This document shows, piece by piece, positions 1 to 8,667 of a stretch of DNA of 64,000 bases (its first letter is position 1; the number at the start of each line of letters is the position of its first letter). The stretch comes from Chrysemys picta bellii. Lineage: Eukaryota. Position numbers and translations under genes: made by a program. The stretch covers positions 27,156,001-27,220,000 of the forward strand of contig NC_088800.1 in assembly GCF_011386835.1 (NCBI RefSeq). Direction: 5' to 3'. The notes beneath the pieces were generated by a model. It was given only the letters and a program-made list of their open reading frames with translations. It had not been told where the DNA came from and did no database searches.

Positions 1-1707
1 GCTCTAAGCTCCCCATCCAGAAAGGAAGTGCTTCCCTGATCTTGGCTCACATGGAGGAGGCACAGAGCAGGGCTCAGACACGCATAAGAGGGAGAGACCC
101 CACCAGATCACATGAGACGGTATGGGAGTGGGGCTCAGACATCCCCAGAAAGGCTAGCCTCCCCAGAACCTGGCTCACATGAGAGGGAGTAGGGAAAGAC
201 CCACAGGGGACCCCTAGATCCTGGTATACATGAGGGGTAGGGAGATGGGCTCAGACCCTCCCAGAAAAGCAAGCCCCCACCCCCAAACTGGGAAGATGCC
301 AAGAGGTCGGGGGGGGTGAGACCACCACAGAGGGGCAGAGGTCCACCAGATCCTGGCACACATGCAATGGGGCAAAGCATAGGGCTCAGTCACCCTTGAG
401 GGGCCAGAGTCTTGCAGATCCCAGCTCACATAAGGGGGCAAGAAGACTGTCTTGACTGTCCAGATCAAGGCACACGAAATAAGGGGAGAATGTGGGGCTA
501 AGAGGCACTCGACCCCCGTTCTTCCTCATGTCCCTTTCCTAGTGTCCCGCCCCTGAACCCTCCAATCCTCTCCCCTGCCCTACCACTCATTCACATTTAT
601 TTCCCTCTCCTCAATGCAGCCCCAAACCTTTCACCCCTACTCTCCTCACAGTTCTTCCCTTGCCCCAGCAAGCATTCACGTCTCTCTCTCTCTATATAAT
701 ATTTTTACACAGATATTGGTTACATTCACCCAAAATAAAAACAAAACCTTTCTAGGGACAGATTTTTGCAATACACCTCCCAAACTTTCCCAAATTTCTG
801 CACAAAGTGGGACTTAAATGGATACTAGCTGGGTCATGCTCAAAGCAGGAGCACCAGAATGCTGTGGGCCACGGCCCTCTCACTTTTAGGCAGAATCCAT
901 CACCCTGGCTCAAAGGACTGTTCTGTAACCCCTCTGAGCTACCCAGTTAGTATGAAACTTTAAAGGCCAACAGTTCTGTTAACTCTTCTGTCCTCGAATG
1001 CTCAGAGTACTCTATTAGGAGCATTCAGAAGAGGAAGCAGGTCTTAACCTAAATTTGGGGATGTTCCCTGCTGGTGCTGGGCAGTTGTGCACACACGCAC
1101 ATACACACACAGGGGAATTTTATGATTCTCCCTGCCTTACTAGATGTGGTGGGCACATTTCTAGGCTGGCATGAAACAGACACTCCCTATGGGCAATGGA
1201 TTGTTGTGCAAACTACTAGCAGGATTCCAATATGCTAATGCTCCCCCTTGCTCTGGCTGGCTGTATACATTCCTGGCAAGTGCGCAGTCAGCAAATGCTC
1301 CTTTGCTCTGCCTGGCTTGCCATGAATACACTTTGGCCAGGCAGAGCATTTTGTAGGGAACTGTTGGGAGAAGTAAGGGGGCCAAAACACTCCACTCCCC
1401 CAGCACCATGGAATAGGCGAGAAATAGGGTAGTTCAAAGCATGAGGGGCCTGGCCTCCAGTAACTCAAGCACTGCAAAAGAGAATATTACCAAAAGCAGT
1501 GTTTAAAAGAGTAGCTGTTTCAAAATAAGGTAACTATGGGGAAGATTGGTCTTCCCACTACTTTTTCTTCTTTAAGAACACACTGGGTTTTCTGAAAAAT
1601 AAGGCAATACTCTTATACTATCCTCAATAAGTGATAAAGCCATATTGCTTCAAAAATTGTGCTCTGCGATATACGGTTAGTACAACAGTTCTGAACATTA
1701 AGCTCAC

Positions 1708-1891
1708 CCCTTTAATGCAAACTTGTGTGTGTCTGTTGCAATCTGTGAAGTTTGGCTTGGGATCAGATGCTGGACAGAGAGCAGTGAAACCATTACACAT
1801 TCCTTCTCTTGCACAGTCAGAATCATTCCGACACTTATCAGTCTTGAGTTTGAAGCTACATTGTGGAGTACAGCAGGGGCCTTGACTGGGG
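1708..1891 (-). CDS. ADAM10: ADAM10 exon 12 (disintegrin domain)
   Basis: 184 bp, tttgtag/gtgagc; [61 protein letters not shown]. Confidence 0.97.
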
Positions 1892-2315
1892 CTACAAAGA
1901 AAAAAACAGAAAATATGTATTCAGAAAAATGCAGATTTTTTTCTGGTGTTTCTAATGTACCCTGAATAGCAATATTGTTCAAGTCTTCTAAATTTAAGAT
2001 TTATTGATTAAAGGAGATAGAATAAAGTAGAACTTGCTAAGAAATATGCACATTTAACTGGAATACCACTTAAAACTACAACTGCATGCAAAAATATTGT
2101 CAGTTTTGTTATTTCCAATTTGTGCCAACAAAATTTAAACTGAAAAATGATTTTTTTGTGGGTAACAAACATTTGGTATTCTGCATCCAGCAGTCTTCTT
2201 GGTCTCAACTTTAATGATTAAATTATGAAAATCAACACCATTTACGTTGCTTACACTAGAAAAATTACTTTTGCATGCATGTTTACATCTGAACACCTTC
2301 GTAAAAGTCAAATAT

Positions 2316-2439
2316 CAGGGGGTAGCTATGTTAGTCTGTATCCACAAAATCAACAGAGAGTCCGGTGGCACCTTAAAGACTAACAGATTTATTTAGGCAT
2401 AAGCTTTTGTGGATAAAACACCTCACTTCTTCAGATGCA
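2316..2439. mobile_element. Short Penelope-like terminal-repeat fragment with a mutated hammerhead motif (2397-2438, minus strand)
   Basis: Same family as the 23.4, 35.9 and 41.4 kb inserts (ggtggcaccttaaagactaaca). Minus strand reads GCAT-CTGAAGA-stem-AAAA-GCTT-ATGC, with the conserved GAAA changed to AAAA. Confidence 0.7.
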
Positions 2440-3544
2440 ACTTCATAAAAAGTTCATAAAAGTGAAATTTTAGGTTCAGATAACATTGCCCAAGTTAAAC
2501 TCACTACCCCGAGGAAGTTTAAAATTAAAGATGAAGTCCTTTCACACTGAGGAGTGAACCCCAAAACAGTAAAGAATCTGACACATCATACCCTTCATCA
2601 CTAACAGTAATTTACCAATGTTACAGAACATTACTGAAACAATGAATTTATATAATTTCAGATTACTTTTACCATTTTCCCTCATTTTTGAGGATTAATC
2701 CAAGCTAGGCAATTTCATTTTTTGGTTCTCTCTCGAGGGACACATTCACATCCTCCAAGTAAAATATTCTTTGAGATTTTAAATGGGTAAAAGTTGCATA
2801 TAGCTTAGGAGATTTTATTTATATATATGTATGTATGTATGTATAAATAAAGGCCTAAGCTACTAAAGCAAAGTTTATATATTTACTGGAAGTATCTATA
2901 TTTTTGGTCAGTTTCATATCATGCCATATGTGTTGCATTGCCTAGAAACAAGGTAACACAGATGAAGTTTGATATGTAAAACCCAAGTGCCAGAAAAACC
3001 TATTTGATACCAAATTGTATCCTTGAGTCACCTTCCTTCTAGGAAATGTATTGCATATGGCACGCTATGAAAATGACCAAATTCTGAATAAATGTGGTAG
3101 ATATTTAGTCAATACCAGCCTCTACCTGAAAGTTCTCTCATAAATACAGACTTTTCAATATATCTTGCCATTTGTAATTACTTGCAGCAAGTGGTCCAAG
3201 GAAGTCTACTGCTGTAAACAGGGTTTGTTTGGGCTCATTACCGTCACATTGCTATCTTATGCATGCAAGTTGTATTGATGAACACGATACTATAGCCATT
3301 TTTGCTATCATGTAGGCTTCACGAGTTGAATTGTCTTCTAGTGCCAGTTCTTGATTTTTTGATCAATGCCACTTCAACAGAAGTTCAACACTGGTGTCTG
3401 GCAAGCCATTAAAGTTTAATGTATTCATAGACACTCTGGCAGCAGTGAGGATGAAAAAAAAGATATCACATGCAATGGGGTTAGAGAACAAAGCAGCCTT
3501 ATATAGCTATGAGCCAAGAAAAGCTCATGCTGCTCTTAAATTAG

Positions 3545-3785
3545 GTCTTGTCTACAGGAACATTTATTGCATTGCAAACAGGGGTATAAATCTACCCTGC
3601 AGTAAGTGTCTGTGTGGACCCTGCTCCCTCATGCTAAAAATTCTGAAACGCACTTCAATCTACCCTGTTTTGAAACTGGGAAGATAAAAGTGTCCGGCAG
3701 CAGAGTCCACAGAGTTAGTGCGCAGCAGGCGAGTGTAGGATAGATTTACACCCCAGCTTGCCAGACACAAGCCCGTAGATAGCCT
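3545..3785. repeat. Fold-back MITE-like repeat (gtctaca...tgtagat family)
   Basis: Nested imperfect inverted arms (ggggtataaatctaccctgca / tgtaggatagatttacacccc; tgtggaccctgct / agcagagtccaca). Related elements lie near 26655-26935, 33095-33500, 40143-40262 and 51315-51535. Confidence 0.6.
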
Positions 3786-4948
3786 TCTAGATTTGTCAAG
3801 GTTCTGATCTGCTTGCATTCTTTATTCTCTCCCCAACAGCAACAGTCAGAAAGAGAAAAAAGGGTAGGGATCCAATTGATTCTCCCGCCCTCCCCCTTGC
3901 AAATCTCTGATATTACTTAACATTAAGAATAACAGACCAAGGGAATGACAAGGGATTTATTACAGTTTCCACAGCCTTTCTTAGCTCAAGACCACCAGAG
4001 AATTTTTACCAGGGTACATATACGTACTGAAATCAGCCAGTGACAATACAGTCACCTAAAGTATGGCCTCAGTCCAGGTACTAGCGGGCAGATGTTCATA
4101 GTATAAAATTCTGAACATTTGACAAAAACTAAACATTCCATGGCAGTTTTAGTAAAGGAGTCAATGACTGAATTAACAGTAAGACTAAATTTATCAGCAG
4201 AATTTGTCCTAACCATACCTGGTTTAATCCACGGTAACAAAGCTGCATGGAAAAGTATGTCCTGACACTGCACATTTGCACCTTCCTCTAGCTAGAGAGA
4301 GACCTTCAGTCTTAAGAGCTGTCAACCTGACCCTTTTCAGAAGCACAAGATATACTGAGTGTCCCTGCTCAATTTTTCTGCAAAACATCCAAGATAGATC
4401 AGATAAGCAAGTAAAGGGACTAATAAATTTGGATTTCTTTTAAGACCATGTCTACAAATGAATGTGTTACCTTGCAGGATATAACTAATGTGATAAATAT
4501 GATTTTGCCCTGAGTAGGGACAAGGACAGTAATGTTTAAGTGTGTTAGCTGGTTGAATTTAGCTCAAGGGATAACTACAACCAACCAACATTTTTAAACA
4601 CAACTTGTTCCTATCTATCCTGGACCCTAAGATGTACTTAATGTAGTTAATTAGAAAGTTTTAAATGATGCATTTTTCCAAAAAACTAAGAATAAGGTAG
4701 TCTCATAGTTGCTGACTAAGAAAAAGTTAAAATTAGTGCTGAGTTAAAAAAATAACATAATATAGTTAGTGAAATTCCCATTAATTAATTGTTACTAGTA
4801 AAATTAGGGACATTCTAACAATATAAGTGAGATTAGACTTCAAGTGTCAAACAGTATACCTCATAGAAGATATTTCTAAAATAAAGCTTGCTAGCCTATC
4901 CATAAGTCTGAACAATTCAATAAGCATAATATAACAAATATACAATAC

Positions 4949-5099
4949 CTGCAAAGTTTGTCTGGTTTTAACTTGCATTTCTTATCTTCTGGTTGATTTG
5001 CATCATAACAGCATTCATCTTTACACTGGTCACTGTATCCACAATCACACTGCTCTCCCTCTTCTACCATTCCATTACCACAGATGGGCTGGCCAGACT
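4949..5099 (-). CDS. ADAM10: ADAM10 exon 11 (disintegrin domain)
   Basis: 151 bp, tttttcag/gtattg; [49 protein letters not shown]. Confidence 0.97.
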
Positions 5100-5155
5100 C
5101 TGAAAAATGTCAGTATATTTTTGTAACACTACAGAATATCAAAGACATGCATGGT

Positions 5156-5366
5156 AAAAGACGGTTACTCACCGTTGTAACTGTTGTTCTTCGAGATGTG
5201 TTGCTCATATCCATTCCATTAGGTGTGTGCGCGCCGCGTGCACGATCGTCGGAAGATTTTCTACCCTAGCAACACCGGCGGGTCGGCTGTGGAGCCCCCT
5301 AGAGTGGCGCCTTCATGGCGCTGAATATATACCCCAGCCGACCCGGCGCCCCCTCAGTTCCTTCTT
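5156..5366 (-). repeat. DIRS 3' (right) inverted terminal repeat with terminal extension
   Basis: 5201-5366 pairs with the other ITR; 5156-5218 is the reverse complement of ICR 5403-5465. Confidence 0.95.
5326..5361 (+). promoter_or_regulatory. Mirror copy of the TATA + initiator in the 3' ITR (would fire antisense)
   Basis: TATATA at 5326-5331, TCAGTT with A at 5356; identical to the 5' ITR copy. Confidence 0.5.
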
Positions 5367-5402
5367 GCCGGCTACTCCGACAGTGGGGACGGGGGGCGGG
5401 TT

Positions 5403-5503
5403 TGGAATGGATATGAGCAACACATCTCGAAGAACAACAGTTACAACGGTGAGTAACCGTCTTTTCTTCTTCGAGTGCTTGCTCATATCCATTCCATTAG
5501 GTG
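5403..5503. repeat. DIRS internal complementary region (ICR)
   Basis: Two abutting segments complementary to the two element ends (63 nt and 40 nt, overlapping by TT). Confidence 0.95.
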
Positions 5504-5518
5504 ACTCCCAAGCCCAAC

Positions 5519-8488
5519 TTAGGTGGTGGGGTCGGAGTGAGACATTGCTGTGTGCAAAACTGCTGATCCGAAGGCAGCATCGTCCCTGGACTGCTGCACT
5601 AGTGCATAGTGCGCTGTAAACGTGTGGACTGATGACCAAACCGCAGCTCTACAAATGTCCTGGATCGGAACTTGCGCCAGGAAAGCCGTCGAGGAAGCTT
5701 GGGCCCTCGTGGAGTGAGCGGTGAGGTGCGGTGCTGAGACACCTGCCAGGTCATAGCAAGTCCGGATGCAAGACGTAATCCAGGAGGATAGGCGTTGTGA
5801 GGAGACCGGTGAGCCTTTCATTCGGTCAGCCACTGCAACGAAGAGTTGCGTCGTCTTTCTAAAGTGCCTTGTGCGGTCAATATAGAAGGCCAGGGCCCTG
5901 CGTACGTCCAGAGAATGCAAACGTTGATCCTGGCGAGTGGCATGTGGTTTAGGATGAAAGACCGGGAGAAATATATCCTGGTTGATATGAAAAGGAGAAA
6001 CCACCTTAGGGAGAAAGGCAGGATGTGGACGAAGCTGCACTTTATCCTTATGAAAAACTGTGTAAGGGGGCTCAGATGTAAGCGCCCTGAGTTCAGAAAC
6101 GCGCCTTGCTGAGGTGATGGCTATGAGGAAGGCTGTCTTCCAGGATAGGTACAGAAGTGAACAGGTGGCCAGTGGCTCGAATGGAGGACCTGTGAGCTTG
6201 GAGAGAACCAGGTTGAGGTCCCACGTCGGAACGGGCTGACGTTGCTGTGGGTACATCCGGTCTAAGCCCTTGAGGAATCTAACGACCATCGGGTTAGAGA
6301 ATACCGAAGACGCGAGTTCCCCTGGGTGAAAGGCCGATATAGCGGCCAGGTGAACTCTAATTGAAGATATCGCCAACCCTTGCTGTTTTAGGGAGAGGAG
6401 ATATTCCAATATGAGAGGAATAGGTGCCTGTAACGGGGACGTGGCTCGTTCGCACCAACAGGAGAACCGCTTCCACTTGGCCAAGTATGTGGTCCGTGTT
6501 GAGGGCTTCCTACTGCTCAGCAGAATCTGTTGGACAGAGTGCGAGCACTGCTGCTCTGCCTGGGTGAACCATGGAGCAGCCACGCCGTGAGGTGGAGTGA
6601 TTGCAGGTCGGGGTGACGCAGGCGACCGTGGTCCTGAGAGATGAGATCCGGGCATAATGGAAGCGGGATCGGTGTGTGAACCGAGAGCTCCAACAGCGTG
6701 GTGTACCAATGTTGTCTCGGCCACGCTGGGGCGATCAGAATCACCTGTGCCTGGTCTCTGCGCAATTTGAGCAGTACCTTGTGGACCAGAGGAAACGGAG
6801 GGAAGGCATAAAACAGGTGGTCTTTCCAGGGAAGGAGAAACGCATCCGAGAGGGAGCCCGGAGCTCGACCTTGCAGGGAGCAGAACACGTGGCACTTCCT
6901 GTTGTCTCGAGATGCAAACAGGTCTATCTGGGGAAACCCCCACTTCTGGAAAACGGAATGTATGATGTCCGGACGGATAGACCACTCGTGTGTTTGAAAG
7001 GACCTGCTGAGTCGGTCCGCCAGAGTGTTCTGGACTCCAGGGAGGAACGATGCCGTGAGATGGATTGAGTGGGCGATGCAGAAGTCCCACAGGCGAATGG
7101 CCTCTTGGCATAGAATTGACGAACGTGCTCCTCCTTGCTTGTTGATGTAAAACATGGCCGTGGTGTTGTCGATGAGAACTAACACACAGCGGCCACGTAG
7201 GAGATTGAGAAATGCCTGTCACGCCAGGCGCACCGCCATCAGTTCCCGAACATTGATGTGCAGGGCTAGCTGAGGTGCAGTCCACAGGCCCTGGGTATGG
7301 TGCTCGTTGAGATGGGCGCCCCAACCCAGAGATGAAGCGTCTGTGACCAGGTGCAGAGAGGGTTGTGGGGCGTGAAACAGCATCCCCTCGCAAACCACAT
7401 TGTGATCTAGCCACCATGTGAGGGAGGTCAGGACCGAGTTCGAGACTGTGACCACCATGTTCAGGCTGTCCCGATGTGGGCGGTATATTGATGACACCCA
7501 GGTCTGGAGTGGGCGAAGCCGAAGTCTGGCGTGCCTGGTTACGTACGTGCAGGAAGCCATGTGACCCAGCAGGGTAAGGCACGACCTCACTGTGGTAGTT
7601 GGGAAGGCCTTGAGTCCTTGAATGAGGCTCGTGATGGTGCAAAAGCGATTGTCTGGCAGGATGGCTTGTGCGCGTCTGGAGTCTAGAACCGCGCCGATGA
7701 ATTCTATTCTCTGGGTAGGTTCTAGAGTGGATTTGTCCTTGTTGAGTAGGATACCCAACTTGTTGAATGTGTGCACTATTATGTGGACGTGATCTCGAAC
7801 TTGTTCTTTGGTGCGACCGCGTACCAGCCAGTCGTCTAAGTACGGGAACACCTGTATCCCTTGCCGACGAAGGTACGCTGCCACGACAGCCATACATTTC
7901 GTGAACACCCGTGGGGCCGAGGATAGGCCGAAGGGAAGGACTGTAAATTGGTAGTGCACCCTGCTTACCACGAATCGCAGGAAGCGTCTGTGAGGCAGGT
8001 AAATTGCAATGTGAAAGTATGCGTCTTTCATGTCGAGGGCGGCGAACCAGTCTCCAGGATCGAGGGAAGGGATAATGGCCCCCAGAGAGACCATGCGGAA
8101 CTTCAACTTTACTACGAATTTGTTGAGTCCGCGCAAGTCCAAGATAGGTCGCAGACCTCCTTTGGACTTGGGAATGAGGAAGTAACGGGAATAGAATCCC
8201 CTGCCCCTTAACTCCACTGGAACCTCTTCTATGGCCCCCATAGCAAGGAGCGTGGAAACTTCCTGTATAAGAAGTTGCTCGTGAGAAGGGTCCCTGAAGA
8301 GGGACGGGGAAGGGGGGGAGGAGGGGGGAATTGAAGAAAACTGGATAGCATATCCCCTGTCCACCGTGCGAAGGACCCAACGGTCCGAGGTTATAAGGGA
8401 CCAGGCACGGTGGAAATGGGAAAGGCGATCCCGAAAGGAGGGGGCTGGATCCTGGGGGATGACTGGGGCGCCGTCCTCGACCGCACCT
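5519..8488 (-). CDS. DIRS ORF3, tyrosine recombinase; frame open from 8488, YR domain about 5560-6600
   Basis: No stop from 8488 to the TAA at 5519-5521; SARRVSE (R), HSTR (H-x-x-R), AVW (W) and FTAHY (Y) catalytic residues all present. Confidence 0.92.
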   Translation of the reverse strand, partial: RCGRGRRPSHPPGSSPLLSGSPFPFPPCLVPYNLGPLGPSHGGQGICYPVFFNSPLLPPFPVPLQGPFSRATSYTGSFHAPCYGGHRRGSSGVKGQGILFPLLPHSQVQRRSATYLGLARTQQIRSKVEVPHGLSGGHYPFPRSWRLVRRPRHERRILSHCNLPASQTLPAIRGKQGALPIYSPSLRPILGPTGVHEMYGCRGSVPSSARDTGVPVLRRLAGTRSHQRTSSRSRPHNSAHIQQVGYPTQQGQIHSRTYPENRIHRRGSRLQTRTSHPARQSLLHHHEPHSRTQGLPNYHSEVVPYPAGSHGFLHVRNQARQTSASPTPDLGVINIPPTSGQPEHGGHSLELGPDLPHMVARSQCGLRGDAVSRPTTLSAPGHRRFISGLGRPSQRAPYPGPVDCTSASPAHQCSGTDGGAPGVTGISQSPTWPLCVSSHRQHHGHVLHQQARRSTFVNSMPRGHSPVGLLHRPLNPSHGIVPPWSPEHSGGPTQQVLSNTRVVYPSGHHTFRFPEVGVSPDRPVCISRQQEVPRVLLPARSSSGLPLGCVSPSLERPPVLCLPSVSSGPQGTAQIAQRPGTGDSDRPSVAETTLVHHAVGALGSHTDPASIMPGSHLSGPRSPASPRPAITPPHGVAAPWFTQAEQQCSHSVQQILLSSRKPSTRTTYLAKWKRFSCWCERATSPLQAPIPLILEYLLSLKQQGLAISSIRVHLAAISAFHPGELASSVFSNPMVVRFLKGLDRMYPQQRQPVPTWDLNLVLSKLTGPPFEPLATCSLLYLSWKTAFLIAITSARRVSELRALTSEPPYTVFHKDKVQLRPHPAFLPKVVSPFHINQDIFLPVFHPKPHATRQDQRLHSLDVRRALAFYIDRTRHFRKTTQLFVAVADRMKGSPVSSQRLSSWITSCIRTCYDLAGVSAPHLTAHSTRAQASSTAFLAQVPIQDICRAAVWSSVHTFTAHYALVQQSRDDAAFGSAVLHTAMSHSDPTT
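6517..7218 (-). pseudogene. DIRS ORF2 C-terminal part: rest of RNase H and Dam-like methyltransferase domain, same frame, downstream of the TGA at 7219-7221
   Basis: QAFLNLLRGRCVLVLIDNTT...LADRLSR (RNase H), then WGFPQIDLFAS and FYAFPPF (MT motif I- and IV-like). 8667 and 7185 are in the same frame. Confidence 0.88.
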
Positions 8489-8667
8489 TCAAAAGTTCTG
8501 CCTGGGGCCTGAAGGTTCTGACCAGGTTGAGGGCCGGTCCACCTTCTTCTACCACCTCGCCCTCGCCTCCGGGCCGAGTCCTGTCTCTGACGAGGCGGGG
8601 GGGGGGGGGGGGGGGTAGAAGTGCTGAGGCTGCGGTCTAAATGGCCTGCGCTGAGGGCCCACAACAT
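7219..8667 (-). CDS. DIRS ORF2 N-terminal part: reverse transcriptase and first half of RNase H, ending at an in-frame TGA
   Basis: RPILDLR, LDMKDAYFH, VLPFGLSSAP and YLDDW RT motifs; VTDAS and HINVRE RNase H motifs. The true start is uncertain. Confidence 0.92.
   Translation of the reverse strand: MLWALSAGHLDRSLSTSTPPPPPPPRQRQDSARRRGRGGRRRWTGPQPGQNLQAPGRTFEGAVEDGAPVIPQDPAPSFRDRLSHFHRAWSLITSDRWVLRTVDRGYAIQFSSIPPSSPPSPSLFRDPSHEQLLIQEVSTLLAMGAIEEVPVELRGRGFYSRYFLIPKSKGGLRPILDLRGLNKFVVKLKFRMVSLGAIIPSLDPGDWFAALDMKDAYFHIAIYLPHRRFLRFVVSRVHYQFTVLPFGLSSAPRVFTKCMAVVAAYLRRQGIQVFPYLDDWLVRGRTKEQVRDHVHIIVHTFNKLGILLNKDKSTLEPTQRIEFIGAVLDSRRAQAILPDNRFCTITSLIQGLKAFPTTTVRSCLTLLGHMASCTYVTRHARLRLRPLQTWVSSIYRPHRDSLNMVVTVSNSVLTSLTWWLDHNVVCEGMLFHAPQPSLHLVTDASSLGWGAHLNEHHTQGLWTAPQLALHINVRELMAVRLA

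Noticed and set aside
5109-5115. TACTGAC as the exon 11 branch point
   Set aside because: The branch A would be only about 10 nt from the acceptor, closer than typical; cannot be called from sequence alone.
5201-5503. Recurrent gctcatatccattcca motif resembling a CRISPR repeat
   Set aside because: Copies are in mixed orientation without regular spacers and are fully explained by the ITR/ICR structure; vertebrate context.
5227-5639. ORFs across the 3' ITR/ICR, and the matching ORF at 11143-11373
   Set aside because: The shared peptide only reflects the inverted repeat; no evidence of coding.
6517-6990. Methyltransferase plus recombinase as bacterial/phage contamination or recent horizontal transfer
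   Set aside because: Both are integral to a DIRS1 element embedded between bona fide ADAM10 exons with coherent junctions.
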